A stretch of 32,000 bases of DNA, taken from sequence record OZ378102.1, one strand, 5' to 3'. Positions 10,604-23,292 of this stretch are shown here, piece by piece (position 1 is the stretch's first letter; every line of letters begins with the position of its first letter). A program made the position numbers and the translations under genes. Under the pieces are notes generated by a model. That model saw only the letters and a program-made list of their open reading frames with translations, was not told where the DNA came from and ran no database searches.

Positions 10604-10630
10604 TATTTATTTGAAACGTTTTAATTTTTT

Positions 10631-11068
10631 ATGCAAAACGATAGTTTAGCAGATGCTTTAACACGCATCCGCAATGCAATTGCTGCTGGGCAGGCTCAAA
10701 CTAAATTACGCTTTTCAAAAAAGATTTATAACCTAGTTCAGGTTTTAATTTCTGAAAAACTTGTGACAAATGCCCAAGAAATTTGGGAGAATGAGCAACA
10801 TTATCTCGTTGTTAATTTAGTTGATCGAAATGGTAAATCTCGTATTAATCATTTAGAAATCGTGAGTCGACCTGGCCGCCGTGTTTTTATTAATAAGAAA
10901 AGTATTCCCCGTGTTCTTGGTGGAGTAGGAATTGCTATTATCTCGACATCAAATGGTATTCTATCCAACCGTGTCCTTCAAAAAGGTATTCCTACTAACC
11001 AAAAAACTTCGAATACGGCTCCCAGTGTCCAACGCATTGGCGGTGAATTACTCTGTTACGTTTGGTAA
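10631..11068 (+). CDS. rps8: 30S ribosomal protein S8
   Basis: N-terminus DSLADALTRIRNA and C-terminus IGGELLCYVW are S8 hallmarks. A roughly 20-aa insertion lies before the C-terminal motif. Confidence 0.9.
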   Translation: MQNDSLADALTRIRNAIAAGQAQTKLRFSKKIYNLVQVLISEKLVTNAQEIWENEQHYLVVNLVDRNGKSRINHLEIVSRPGRRVFINKKSIPRVLGGVGIAIISTSNGILSNRVLQKGIPTNQKTSNTAPSVQRIGGELLCYVW

Positions 11069-11104
11069 AGAGTTTGTAATCCACTGTACAAAGTCTTAAT
11101 CGAT

Positions 11105-11365
11105 ATGTTAGTAAATAAAAAGGAGAAAGAAGATGCAATTGAGGTAGAAGGGGTAGTTGTAACATGTTTACCTGATCTACGATTTGAAGTAGAGTTAGAG
11201 AATGGATTTTCTGTTCTCGCCTATGTTTCCGGCCGAACACGCCGGAATCATATTAAAATTTTATTAGGGGATAAAGTTGTTGTTGCACTTAGCCCCTATG
11301 ATCTAACACGAGGGCGGATTACATATCGTCATCGTTCCTCACCTCAACTAAAACGCCAAGTATGA
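11105..11365 (+). CDS. infA: Translation initiation factor IF-1
   Basis: [64 protein letters not shown] has the IF-1 S1-fold pattern. Confidence 0.92.
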   Translation: MLVNKKEKEDAIEVEGVVVTCLPDLRFEVELENGFSVLAYVSGRTRRNHIKILLGDKVVVALSPYDLTRGRITYRHRSSPQLKRQV

Positions 11366-11475
11366 AAGTAAGAAGTTCTGTAAAAAAAATGTGTGACAAC
11401 TGCCGTGTCATTCGCCGACGTGGAAAGGTTTTAATTATCTGTTCAAATCCGAAACATAAGCAACGACAAGGTTAA
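11362..11475 (+). CDS. rpl36: 50S ribosomal protein L36
   Basis: I translated this by hand, since it is below the ORF-track cutoff: [37 protein letters not shown] (37 aa). Its ATG overlaps the infA TGA as ATGA at 11362-11365. Confidence 0.93.
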   Translation: MKVRSSVKKMCDNCRVIRRRGKVLIICSNPKHKQRQG

Positions 11476-11493
11476 AATTAAGTAATTAAACTT

Positions 11494-11880
11494 ATGGTAA
11501 AACAAGTACGTAAAGCACGAAATGTTCGCCGACGTTTACCACGTGGAGTTGTTCATATTTATGCTAGTTTTAATAATACAATTGTGAATGTCACAGACTC
11601 TAATGGTAATGTAGTTGCTTGGTCTTCTGCAGGAGCATGTGGCTTTAAAGGGGCAAAACGTGGAACGCCATTTGCTGCACAAATGGCCGCACAACAAGTT
11701 GTCCAAAAGTGTACTGATATGGGAATGAAACGTATTGAAGTTGTTTTACGTGGCCCAGGTGCTGGTCGTGATACCTCGGTTCGTGCATTACAAGCTGGTG
11801 GTTTAGCAATCACATTATTACGTGATATTACTGCTTTACCTCATAATGGATGTCGACCTCCTAAGAACCGACGCGTTTAA
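11494..11880 (+). CDS. rps11: 30S ribosomal protein S11
   Basis: [46 protein letters not shown]...[23 protein letters not shown], a canonical S11. Confidence 0.95.
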   Translation: MVKQVRKARNVRRRLPRGVVHIYASFNNTIVNVTDSNGNVVAWSSAGACGFKGAKRGTPFAAQMAAQQVVQKCTDMGMKRIEVVLRGPGAGRDTSVRALQAGGLAITLLRDITALPHNGCRPPKNRRV

Positions 11881-11947
11881 TACTGTAATGGGGGGTATAA
11901 TTAAGAAGTTTATTCTTCTCTTTGTACTCCCCTATATCAAAAAAGCA

Positions 11948-12919
11948 ATGACTCAACACTTTTCAAACTTTGAATGTCAAAAACTGACACTACATCCAAA
12001 AAATGAGTTTCAAGGAACAATTTCATTTTCGGATGTTCCAAGTCACCAACCGATCCGGTTTTCAAATTTTCTTCGTCGGGTTTTAATAAGTGAAACACCT
12101 CATTTAAGTTTACGGGTCGGTTTTTGTGGAACTTGGACTACCGATTTTTTACGTCAAACAACAAGTATTGATTTTGTTTACTCCAATTTTTTCTTTAAAA
12201 AAAGAAATGGGTTTCGACAAAAAAGTTTAGGTGAATTAGGATATATTTCTGGTATTGATTTACAAGATCTAACAACACAAATTAATCAATTACCATTAGT
12301 TTTTACGGAACAACAAGAAAAACTAAATAAAAGTTTAATCCGGTTATGTGTTCAGGGTCCCGGTCAAATTCGAGCTGCTCATTTACATTTCCCAAAAGGG
12401 GTCTACTGTTTAACTCCGAATGTAGTTTTGGCTGAAATTTCTGATACCTCAATTTTAGAAATTTACTATTTTTTACAAATTACATCCACTTCACTTTCTA
12501 GTTGGAATGCTTATCACATTGGCTATAAATCTTTACCAACAGGCCAAAACCGCTCAATTGGAACTGGACAATTACAGTTATGGGGCGATTCGTTTGCTGA
12601 ATCAACAGTATTTCCAACGGATACAAGAAAAGCGTTTTATCGCGGTATTAATCTCTCATTACAACCATCAAATGAGTTTCAACTAAAGTTCTTTGGTAGT
12701 TTAAATAATGATTTAAATACACGATTGCCACAAGCAATAAAACGATTTCATACAACTTTACAACGATTACAACAACAAAACCCTGCACAACCGCTTTTAA
12801 TGGTACGCGAACCTGAACCATTGGGTTATGTAACAACTATTAAACGCGCTCCCTATTCGGATCTCATTTCTCGTTTTTCCTTGAAGGAAATTTCTCGTAA
12901 AGAGGAAGGATTTGAATAA
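11948..12919 (+). CDS. rpoA: Highly diverged RNA polymerase alpha subunit (N-terminal domain recognisable, C-terminal domain not)
   Basis: It occupies the conserved slot after rps11. SNFLRRVLISETPHLSL matches the GNALRRxLLS motif. LCVQGPGQIRAAHLHFPKGVYCLTPNVVLAEISDTSILEI parallels the alpha-NTD segment ...SGxGPVTAxDI.... The start is uncertain, either the ATG at 11948 or the one at 11888. The ORF-track start at 11822 overlaps rps11. Confidence 0.7.
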   Translation: MTQHFSNFECQKLTLHPKNEFQGTISFSDVPSHQPIRFSNFLRRVLISETPHLSLRVGFCGTWTTDFLRQTTSIDFVYSNFFFKKRNGFRQKSLGELGYISGIDLQDLTTQINQLPLVFTEQQEKLNKSLIRLCVQGPGQIRAAHLHFPKGVYCLTPNVVLAEISDTSILEIYYFLQITSTSLSSWNAYHIGYKSLPTGQNRSIGTGQLQLWGDSFAESTVFPTDTRKAFYRGINLSLQPSNEFQLKFFGSLNNDLNTRLPQAIKRFHTTLQRLQQQNPAQPLLMVREPEPLGYVTTIKRAPYSDLISRFSLKEISRKEEGFE

Positions 12920-13071
12920 AGTAAGACTTTAGCTTTTTTCAAGTAGTGATATTAAAGTTTTTAAACTTTTCGTTTATACTATAAAGAACGAGGAGAGAAT
13001 TACTATATGTTAGGCTTTACTTTAATCGGTAAGTCGTACATAAGGAACCTCGACTCTATAAAAATTAATAA

Positions 13072-15511
<2,440 letters not shown>

Positions 15512-15556
15512 TTAACAGACTTTAAGAATCTTTCTTAACTGTTAATATAAGTAATT

Positions 15557-15580
15557 CCTCCTTCATTAAACTGAAGGGGG
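15557..15580 (+). terminator. 3' stem-loop after psbC, followed by a T-run
   Basis: cctccttca / tgaaggggg forms 9 bp (one G:U) with a 6-nt loop, followed by tttgtttttttt. Confidence 0.6.
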
Positions 15581-15655
15581 TTTGTTTTTTTTCCCTACAT
15601 AACTTAACATAAACAATAAAAATTTATTTTTTTTATAAATTTTTATTTATATAAT

Positions 15656-15692
15656 CCCTATCAAAAGTTAATTCATTAATTATTTGATAGGG
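15656..15692 (-). terminator. 3' inverted repeat after rpl19
   Basis: Perfect 10-bp stem ccctatcaaa / tttgataggg with a 17-nt loop. It lies 14 nt beyond the rpl19 stop on the minus strand. An AT-only 13-bp inverted repeat is nearby at 15615-15647. Confidence 0.5.
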
Positions 15693-15705
15693 AGTTTTGT
15701 GCATA

Positions 15706-16089
15706 CTACACTTGTGATCCACGGGGAACTTTTGCAGTAGGACGAGTGGTTACACGAGCAGATTTACCAGCTCGGTCTCGTAAGTAATAAAGCTTTGCAC
15801 GACGAACTTTACCACGGCTTACAATTTCAAGCGAAGCTGTTCGGGGCGAACGTAAAAGAATAGTTCGTTCAATTCCAATTCCTTGAAAAGTTTTACGTAC
15901 AATAATTCGATCTTGGAGACCACGGGATTTACAACCAATCACCGTTCCTTGATAGTTTTGTACACGCTCTTTATTACCTTCTCGGATTAGAATACCAACT
16001 TTCACCATATCACCAACCCCTACACGAGGTAGGGATTGAACGTCTACGTTCGACCGTTCCGCTAATTTAACAAAACGATCAAGTTTCAT
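15706..16089 (-). CDS. rpl19: 50S ribosomal protein L19
   Basis: 127 aa with the L19 pattern PRVGVGDMVKVGILIREGNKERVQNYQGTVIGCKSRGL...RKTFQGIGIERTILLRSPRTASLEIV. It starts 8 nt downstream of the tufA stop. Confidence 0.9.
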   Translation of the reverse strand: MKLDRFVKLAERSNVDVQSLPRVGVGDMVKVGILIREGNKERVQNYQGTVIGCKSRGLQDRIIVRKTFQGIGIERTILLRSPRTASLEIVSRGKVRRAKLYYLRDRAGKSARVTTRPTAKVPRGSQV

Positions 16090-16097
16090 TTTTTTTG

Positions 16098-17327
16098 TTA
16101 TTCAATAATTTGAGATACAACACCAGCACCTACAGTACGACCTCCTTCACGAATCGCAAAACGCATTTGATTTTCGATTGCAATAGGTTGGATGAGTTCA
16201 ACTGTCATTTTAATGTGGTCACCAGGCATTACCATTTGTGTTTCACTACCATCTTCACCTTTGAAAGAGTCAATCTTTCCAGTTACGTCTGTTGTACGTA
16301 CATAGAACTGAGGACGGTAACCAGGGAAGAAAGGAGTGTGACGTCCACCTTCTTCTTTTGTAAGAATGTAAACTTGAGACTCAAAACGTGTATGAGGTGT
16401 GATTGTTCCAGGTTCTGCTAATACCATACCACGCTCAATATCCTCCTTTTGTACACCACGAAGAAGAACACCAACATTATCACCTGCCATTGTCTCTTCA
16501 AGTGTCTTTTGGAACATCTCAAGACCAGTAACTGTTGTAGTCTGTGTATCACGGAGTCCTACAATTTCAATGTTATCACCAACTTTAAGAACACCACGCT
16601 CAACACGACCTGTTGCTACAGTACCACGACCTGTAATGGAGAAAACATCCTCAACTGCCATGAGGAACGTCTTATCTGTCTCACGTTCAGGAGTAGGGAT
16701 ATACTTATCAACTTCATCCATTAAGTTAAAGATGCGATCAACCCACTCGTTGTCACCTCGACCCATTGTGGAAGTCTCTGTTAATGCTTCAAGGGCAAGT
16801 AAAGCAGAACCAGATACGATAGGAAGATCATCTCCAGGGAAATCGTAGTTAGAGAGAGTTTCACGAATTTCAAGCTCTACAAGTTCAAGAAGCTCGGGAT
16901 CATCAACTTGATCTTCTTTGTTTAAGAAAACAACAATATTAGGAACACCTACCTGCTTTGCTAAAAGAATGTGCTCTTTTGTTTGAGGCATAGGACCATC
17001 TGCACCAGAAACAACAAGAATTGCACCGTCCATTTGTGCCGCACCAGTAATCATGTTTTTAACATAATCCGCGTGACCGGGGCAATCTACGTGAGCATAG
17101 TGACGTGTTTCTGTCTCATACTCAACGTGTGCTGTATTAATTGTAATACCACGTGCTTTCTCTTCAGGAGCAGAGTCAATTTCGTCATAGCCCTTACCAC
17201 CTTGACCACTAAGCGCAGACATTGCCATAGTAATCGCAGCTGTAAGAGTTGTCTTACCGTGGTCTACGTGACCAATTGTACCAATATTTACGTGGGGTTT
17301 TGTACGTTCGAATTTTTCGCGAGCCAT
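16098..17327 (-). CDS. tufA: Elongation factor Tu
   Basis: 409 aa with G-motifs [18 protein letters not shown] and NKED. EF-Tu similarity spans the full length. Confidence 0.98.
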   Translation of the reverse strand: MAREKFERTKPHVNIGTIGHVDHGKTTLTAAITMAMSALSGQGGKGYDEIDSAPEEKARGITINTAHVEYETETRHYAHVDCPGHADYVKNMITGAAQMDGAILVVSGADGPMPQTKEHILLAKQVGVPNIVVFLNKEDQVDDPELLELVELEIRETLSNYDFPGDDLPIVSGSALLALEALTETSTMGRGDNEWVDRIFNLMDEVDKYIPTPERETDKTFLMAVEDVFSITGRGTVATGRVERGVLKVGDNIEIVGLRDTQTTTVTGLEMFQKTLEETMAGDNVGVLLRGVQKEDIERGMVLAEPGTITPHTRFESQVYILTKEEGGRHTPFFPGYRPQFYVRTTDVTGKIDSFKGEDGSETQMVMPGDHIKMTVELIQPIAIENQMRFAIREGGRTVGAGVVSQIIE

Positions 17328-17520
17328 CTTGTTTTTTAATAATTAAGTTTCAAAAAGATACTAACTAATGTTGGGAAATATACTTCATTATCTACGTAGC
17401 TAGATAAAAACGATCAAGTATTAGTATATCTAAATGTTTCAAACTTATCAACAATAAAAAATTTAATAAAAAAAATAATATATTAAGGTTGTATTTTCAC
17501 TTTGATGGCTTAAAAAGATT

Positions 17521-17540
17521 CTCCCCTCGAACGAGGGGAG
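17521..17540 (-). terminator. 3' stem-loop after psbH
   Basis: ctcccctc gaac gaggggag is a perfect 8-bp GC-rich stem with a 4-nt loop. It begins 5 nt beyond the psbH stop. Confidence 0.6.
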
Positions 17541-17544
17541 AGCA

Positions 17545-17769
17545 CTAACTCATGCTTGTCCAGCTCATGCTAATATCATCAATAATAACAGAGGAGTTAT
17601 AAATTTCTAAAAGAATAACAAGGAAAACTGCAAAGAGACCCATAAAAAGACCCATTACAGGAGTAGTTCCCCAACCAGGAGCTACTTTACCGTACTCAGA
17701 ATTTAAAGGACGAAGGAATGTACCTACAGCAGTAACTTTTCCTGTACCAATATTTGCCTTTGTTGCCAT
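17545..17769 (-). CDS. psbH: Photosystem II phosphoprotein PsbH
   Basis: [60 protein letters not shown] is a canonical PsbH. Confidence 0.93.
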   Translation of the reverse strand: MATKANIGTGKVTAVGTFLRPLNSEYGKVAPGWGTTPVMGLFMGLFAVFLVILLEIYNSSVIIDDISMSWTSMS

Positions 17770-17895
17770 TGAAAAATGATTCGGGGTAGTGCCCCTTCAA
17801 AAATTTTAATTAAGTGTTCTATGATTAACTATGTACTTCTGTTAGTTTTTTAACATCAAGAAGAAATAGTTAATCATAAAGAAGAGAGAAATCAG

Positions 17896-18030
17896 ATGGA
17901 TACACCCGCGTTTTTCTTTACCGTTTTTTTATGGTGCTTTTTAATTAGCATCACCGGTTATTCTCTTTATGTTGGATTTGGTCCCCCCTCGCAAAACCTT
18001 CGTGATCCTTTTGAAGAACACGAAGATTAA
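17896..18030 (+). CDS. psbN: PsbN (photosystem II assembly factor)
   Basis: Hand-translated 44 aa: [44 protein letters not shown]. It has the conserved C-terminal [10 protein letters not shown] and the classical opposite-strand position between psbT and psbH. Confidence 0.9.
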   Translation: MDTPAFFFTVFLWCFLISITGYSLYVGFGPPSQNLRDPFEEHED

Positions 18031-18066
18031 GCAATGGATGACGTTTAATCCAGATAAAGAGATGTA

Positions 18067-18091
18067 TTTGGGCCCAACGAATGGGCCCAAA
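18067..18091. terminator. Perfect palindromic hairpin between the convergent psbN and psbT 3' ends
   Basis: tttgggccca acgaa tgggcccaaa forms a 10-bp perfect stem with a 5-nt loop. It can form on transcripts of either strand. Confidence 0.6.
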
Positions 18092-18102
18092 CATTCCCAC
18101 AA

Positions 18103-18198
18103 TTATTTACTAATACGTGGGGGCTCACGGAAGAAAATCGCAAAGAAGATAACTCCTAATGTACCTACGAGAAGGAATGTGTAAACTAATGCTTCCAT
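18103..18198 (-). CDS. psbT: Photosystem II PsbT
   Basis: Hand-translated 31 aa: [31 protein letters not shown], a canonical PsbT. Confidence 0.9.
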   Translation of the reverse strand: MEALVYTFLLVGTLGVIFFAIFFREPPRISK

Positions 18199-18224
18199 TT
18201 TAAATTTTGTTTTTGGATTTTATC

Positions 18225-18260
18225 AAAACCACAACTCCATATTTATAAAGTTGTGGTTTT
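18225..18260 (-). promoter_or_regulatory. Stem-loop in the psbB-psbT intercistronic spacer
   Basis: Perfect 12-bp inverted repeat aaaaccacaact / agttgtggtttt with a 12-nt loop. It lies between the psbB stop (18282) and the psbT start (18198). Confidence 0.55.
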
Positions 18261-18281
18261 ACGTTTTAAGACAAACTAAAT

Positions 18282-19808
18282 TTAAACAGTTTGACGACGA
18301 GTAGACGTATCACCAAGCTTTTGGAATGCACCAAATTCTACCTGCTCATCAAGATCAGGATCAATACCAGCAAATACATCACGGAAAATTGTACGAGCAC
18401 CGTGCCAAATGTGACCAAAGAAGAAAAGGAGTGCGAAGTTGAGGTGACCAAACGTAAACCAACCACGGGGGCTACTACGGAATACACCATCAGATTGAAG
18501 AATCGCACGATCAAATTCGAAGATCTCACCTAATTGAGCACGACGAGCATACTTCTTAACAGTTGCGGGGTCGTTAAACGTTACACCATCTAATTCACCA
18601 CCATAGAAAGTAACACTTACTCCTACTTGTTCAATACTGTACTTAGACTCAGCACGACGGAAAGGAACGTCTGCACGTACTACACCATCCTTATCAACAA
18701 GTAAAACAGGGAATGTTTCAAAGAATGTAGGCATACGACGAACAAAGAGCTCGTTTCCAGTCGTATCTGTAAATACAGCATGTCCAAGCCAACCAATAGC
18801 AATACCATCACCATTGTTCATGGGACCAGAACGGAAAAGACCACCCTTAGCAGGGTTGTTTCCAATGTAATCGTAGAAAGAAAGCTTCTCAGGAATCTTA
18901 GACCAAGCAGTAGAAAGGCTATCACCTGCTGCAAGATTCGCTTGAACTCGCTTCTCAATTTCCTGTGCAAAGAAACCTTGATCCCATTGGTAACGTGTGG
19001 GACCAAAGAGTTCAATAGGAGTTGCTGCAGAACCGTACCACATTGTACCAGCTACAACAAACGCTGCCCAGAAAACAGCTGCAATACTACTGGAAAGAAC
19101 TGTCTCAATATTACCCATACGAAGGCCCTTATAAAGACGCTGAGGAGGACGAACAGTAAGGTGGAAAAGACCAGCTAAAATACCGAGAATACCAGCAGCA
19201 ATGTGGTGAGATGCAATACCACCAGGGTTATAAGGGTCAAAACCTTCTGCACCCCAAGCAGGTGCTACAGGTTGAACACTACCTGTAATACCATAAGGAT
19301 CAGATACCCAAATACCAGGACCAAAGAGACCTGTTACGTGGAATGCTCCGAAGCCAAAACAAAGGAGACCAGAAAGGAAAAGGTGAATACCAAAGATCTT
19401 AGGGAGATCAAGTGCAGGGTCACCAGTACGGGGATCACGGAAAAGCTCAAGGTCCCAGAATACCCAGTGCCAAATAGCAGCAAGGAAAAGAAGACCAGAG
19501 AGGATAATATGAGATGCTGCTACACCTTCATAACTCCAAATTCCAGGGCTTGTAATTGTGTCACCGTTAATGTCCCAACCACCCCAAGACTTTGTAACAC
19601 CAAGACGTGTCATAAAGGGAAGTACGAACATACCCTGACGCCACATGGGGTTAAGTACAGGATCAGAAGGATCAAAAACAGAGAGCTCATAAAGTGCCAT
19701 AGAACCTGCCCAACCAGAAACGAGAGCAGTGTGCATAATATGAACGGCAATTAAACGTCCAGGATCATTAAGAACAACCGTGTGAACACGGAACCAAGGG
19801 AGTCCCAT
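18282..19808 (-). CDS. psbB: Photosystem II CP47 protein
   Basis: 508 aa, [42 protein letters not shown]..., full-length canonical CP47. Confidence 0.98.
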   Translation of the reverse strand: MGLPWFRVHTVVLNDPGRLIAVHIMHTALVSGWAGSMALYELSVFDPSDPVLNPMWRQGMFVLPFMTRLGVTKSWGGWDINGDTITSPGIWSYEGVAASHIILSGLLFLAAIWHWVFWDLELFRDPRTGDPALDLPKIFGIHLFLSGLLCFGFGAFHVTGLFGPGIWVSDPYGITGSVQPVAPAWGAEGFDPYNPGGIASHHIAAGILGILAGLFHLTVRPPQRLYKGLRMGNIETVLSSSIAAVFWAAFVVAGTMWYGSAATPIELFGPTRYQWDQGFFAQEIEKRVQANLAAGDSLSTAWSKIPEKLSFYDYIGNNPAKGGLFRSGPMNNGDGIAIGWLGHAVFTDTTGNELFVRRMPTFFETFPVLLVDKDGVVRADVPFRRAESKYSIEQVGVSVTFYGGELDGVTFNDPATVKKYARRAQLGEIFEFDRAILQSDGVFRSSPRGWFTFGHLNFALLFFFGHIWHGARTIFRDVFAGIDPDLDEQVEFGAFQKLGDTSTRRQTV

Positions 19809-20012
19809 TGGAGAATTTCATATAATTGATTTCTTTAGCTTTCTTTCTTTTGAGATAAAAAACAATTATCCCTATTAATTCAATGATATCATAAAATGAG
19901 AAGAAGAAAAAGATTCCTCTACATAAACTTTTTTTGTTTTGACCTATTTGTTAGGGCTAGCCAAAAGAAGAAGCTTATGTTATACTTTTGTTAACAAATG
20001 ATTGAAAATTGT

Positions 20013-20084
20013 GGCGGCATAGCCAAGTGGTAAGGCATGGGATTGCAAATCCCCCATTCCCCAGTTCGAATCTGGGTGCCGCCT
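20013..20084 (+). tRNA. trnC: tRNA-Cys (anticodon GCA)
   Basis: GGCGGCA TA GCC AAGTGGTAA GGC A TGGGA TTGCAAA TCCCC ... CCCAG TTCGAAT CTGGG TGCCGCC T folds as a cloverleaf. Confidence 0.9.
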
Positions 20085-20272
20085 TTTAATTCCTAACGAA
20101 GAGGTTTATTAAAAAATTTAATAAAATAATAGTGAGAAAAATCTACCTGGTTTAGTAATAATAGTAATAAGAAAACAATATATAATTTACTAATAACTAC
20201 ATAAAAAATATTTTATATATTTTAATCATAAGGAATTATACTAATTTATAACCGGGAGATGTTATGTCTCTC

Positions 20273-20288
20273 GTGCTCTTTTGAGCAC
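20273..20288 (+). promoter_or_regulatory. Small stem-loop in the psbA 5' leader
   Basis: gtgctc tttt gagcac is a perfect 6-bp stem ending 35 nt upstream of the psbA ATG. Its function is inferred only by analogy with psbA 5'-UTR stem-loops in other green algae. Confidence 0.35.
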
Positions 20289-20317
20289 CTACCACAACAC
20301 TTTTAATTATTCAATAA

Positions 20318-21385
<1,068 letters not shown>

Positions 21386-21407
21386 TTCGTGTCTTAGAAG
21401 CACAATT

Positions 21408-21427
21408 AACCCCCCATCTGGGGGGTT
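21408..21427 (+). terminator. 3' stem-loop after psbA
   Basis: aacccccc atct ggggggtt forms an 8-bp stem with a 4-nt loop, followed by ttctttttg. It starts 22 nt after the stop. Confidence 0.65.
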
Positions 21428-21498
21428 TTCTTTTTGATTAGGTTTTCTATTTCGTTCTTTAAAGTAACTTAATTTTTTATTAAATTTTATAATATTAA

Positions 21499-21529
21499 CT
21501 CTTCATTATTCAAAAGAAACAATGAAGAG
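21499..21529 (-). terminator. 3' inverted repeat after ycf3
   Basis: ctcttcatt / aatgaagag is a perfect 9-bp stem with a 13-nt loop. It lies 10 nt beyond the ycf3 stop on the minus strand. Confidence 0.5.
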
Positions 21530-21538
21530 AGAAAGCAG

Positions 21539-22042
21539 TTAAGATCGGCCAGTTGTCCGCATCCAATTTTGTGCTTCAATATAACTAGTTGGCGCAAGTC
21601 GGATTGCTTCACGCCAATAATCCGCTGCTTTATCAAATAATAAGGTGGATAATGGCATATCGCCAGATTCAATGGCACGTTCCCCACGATAATGATAAAT
21701 AACTGCTAAATTATTTAAAGCTTGTGGTAGAAAAGGATTTCGTTCCAGTGCTTGGCAATAATATTCTAATGCACGGCTATGTTCTCCATTACTTGCATGA
21801 ATCAAACCAATATTATAGAGAATATAGCTTCGATCATAACTATTAACTTCTAAACGCATGGCTTGATAATAGTTTTGAAGTGCCTCAGCGTATTCACCTT
21901 CTGCTTGTGCTGATAATCCTTCGCGATAATACGAAAAAGCTCGTTTTTCACGACTTGTTGTCGGCAGCGCGCGTAATAAAATGTCAGCAACAACGGTAAA
22001 GGTTTTATCAATAAAGTTGTCACTACGTTGAGAGCGGGGCAT
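21539..22042 (-). CDS. ycf3: Photosystem I assembly protein Ycf3 (TPR protein), intron-less
   Basis: 167 aa, [65 protein letters not shown]..., with canonical Ycf3 TPR repeats. Confidence 0.93.
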   Translation of the reverse strand: MPRSQRSDNFIDKTFTVVADILLRALPTTSREKRAFSYYREGLSAQAEGEYAEALQNYYQAMRLEVNSYDRSYILYNIGLIHASNGEHSRALEYYCQALERNPFLPQALNNLAVIYHYRGERAIESGDMPLSTLLFDKAADYWREAIRLAPTSYIEAQNWMRTTGRS

Positions 22043-22077
22043 AGTAAGTTTCTACAAAAAAATAACTGAACTCAGTT

Positions 22078-22683
22078 TTATGCACGGCGAGAATAGTGCT
22101 CAATACTTAATTGAGGACGGGCTTGTAACCCAATATCTTTTAAAGAACAGTTCTGAAGAACACGCCCACTTTTTCCATCTGGTTGTAAAGCAAGAAAAGG
22201 AGGAATGGGTCGGTCATTGCTTTTAATAAAGCCCTCAACTAGTTTTTGAGATTGTGTTCGCGTGTTAATACTAATAATATCACCAATTTGACAATTAAAG
22301 CTACTAATATCTACACAACGTCCATTTACACAAATATGCCCATGTGTTACTAATTGGCGACTTGCTCGAATAGTAGGAGCAAAGCCTAAACGATAAACAA
22401 TGTTATCTAAGCGGCGCTCTAGTGTTGATAATAAAAAATTACCTGTTGCACCCTTTGATTGACGGGCACGTCGAACAAGTGTAAGTAATTGACGCTCTGT
22501 TACACCATAGTGATAACGAAGCTTTTGTTTTTCACGAAGACGGATATCAAATTGCGATTGCTTTTGACGAGCAGCACCATGCTCTCCAGGGGGATTTGTT
22601 CGCTTTGCGATACGACGTGTTAAACCAGGTAACTCCCCTAAACGTCGAACAACACGAATACGTGGACCTCGATAACGGGACAT
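22078..22683 (-). CDS. rps4: 30S ribosomal protein S4
   Basis: 201 aa, MSRYRGPRIRVVRRLGELPGLT...YGVTERQLL...RLDNIVYRLGFAPTIRASRQLVTHGHI, canonical S4. Confidence 0.95.
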   Translation of the reverse strand: MSRYRGPRIRVVRRLGELPGLTRRIAKRTNPPGEHGAARQKQSQFDIRLREKQKLRYHYGVTERQLLTLVRRARQSKGATGNFLLSTLERRLDNIVYRLGFAPTIRASRQLVTHGHICVNGRCVDISSFNCQIGDIISINTRTQSQKLVEGFIKSNDRPIPPFLALQPDGKSGRVLQNCSLKDIGLQARPQLSIEHYSRRA

Positions 22684-22809
22684 AATAGTTTTTTTTGACT
22701 ACAATAAGGTTGGTATATCTTTTTTATTAAAACCAACACAAAAAGAAAGCTGATCTTAATTCTATCCAACAGAAACTGGTTTTAAATGGGATAGTTTGTT
22801 TAAAACCAG

Positions 22810-22884
22810 ACGGGACTGACGGGACTCGAACCCGCAACTTCCGCCTTGACAGGGCGGTGCTCTAACCAATTGAACTACAATCCC
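22810..22884 (-). tRNA. trnD: tRNA-Asp (anticodon GUC)
   Basis: The reverse complement is GGGATTG TA GTTC AATTGGTTA GAGC A CCGCC CTGTCAA GGCGG AAGTT GCGGG TTCGAGT CCCGT CAGTCCCG. It is near-identical in layout to plastid trnD. Confidence 0.92.
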
Positions 22885-22953
22885 ACGATTGTTTAACTAA
22901 AGGATACTCCAATTATACCTTTTCTGTCAAATTATATTGTTAATTTCTAGAAC

Positions 22954-22981
22954 TTGCTAATCTCTAAAAGATCTGTATACT
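22954..22981 (+). promoter_or_regulatory. Candidate sigma70-type (PEP) promoter upstream of trnS
   Basis: TTGCTA (22954-22959), a 16-nt spacer, then TATACT (22976-22981). The -10 box ends 20 nt before the tRNA 5' end. This is a sequence match only. Confidence 0.35.
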
Positions 22982-23001
22982 TTTTATTAAATAAAAAATC
23001 T

Positions 23002-23086
23002 GGAGAGGTGGCAGAGTGGTTGAATGCACAGCTCTCGAAAAGCTGCATGGCTTCGGTCATCGAGGGTTCGAATCCCTCTCTCTCCA
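23002..23086 (+). tRNA. trnS: tRNA-Ser with anticodon CGA (class II, long variable arm)
   Basis: GGAGAGG TG GCA GAGTGGTTGAA TGC A CAGCT CTCGAAA AGCTG CATGGCTTCGGTCATC GAGGG TTCGAAT CCCTC TCTCTCC A. The anticodon is at nt 23036-23038 and reads CGA. Confidence 0.85.
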
Positions 23087-23292
23087 ATTCAGAAACTTAA
23101 AAGCGAACAGTGCTGCGATTCTCCACTAGGTTATTCTATTTATTGACACTATTATTTCAATTTCTTTAGTTCGAATCTCGAGCTCTTGATTTTTTGTAAA
23201 AAAAAAACAAGATTAATAGTGAAATGTTTAATCCTTCCTATTTAACATAGGTAAGGCTATTGATTTGTTCAATCATCATACGGAGTTTTCTA

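Noticed and set aside
17969-18184. 71-aa plus-strand ORF between psbN and psbT
   Set aside because: It overlaps the 3' part of psbN out of frame and runs antisense through psbT and the intergenic palindrome. The genuine genes explain this region.
16095-19754. Plus-strand ORFs of 80-183 aa overlapping tufA and psbB (for example 16095-16421, 16399-16848, 16971-17339, 18780-19178, 19203-19754)
   Set aside because: They are antisense to tufA and psbB and give Cys/Thr/Arg-rich nonsense translations. They have no independent start or stop context or flanking signals.
19897-19995. 32-codon ORF (MRRRKRFLYINFFCFDLFVRASQKKKLMLYFC) in the psbB-trnC spacer, considered as a possible small photosystem subunit
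   Set aside because: It does not resemble any small Psb, Psa or Pet peptide and has no clear TM helix. Its size is compatible with chance in a spacer.
22912-22930. Perfect TTGACA and TATAAT hexamers on the minus strand upstream of trnD
   Set aside because: The two boxes are separated by only 7 nt rather than about 17 nt, so they cannot act as a standard -35/-10 pair. At most the TATAAT could be a -10-only promoter, which I cannot support from sequence.
23143-23171. TTGACA upstream of psaA as a possible promoter -35 box
   Set aside because: The best -10 candidate at 16-17 nt spacing is TTTAGT or TTAGTT, a poor match. That is not enough evidence to annotate a promoter.
23260-23292. N-terminal extensions implied by the ORF-track starts for psaA (23260), rps19 (7986), rpl14 (9589) and rpoA (11822), and the apparent start of the giant ORF at 90
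   Set aside because: The extended starts are non-ATG (TTG) or overlap the preceding gene, and they add non-conserved residues. Internal ATGs align with the conserved N-termini. For the giant ORF the frame is open back to nt 3, so position 90 is not a real start.
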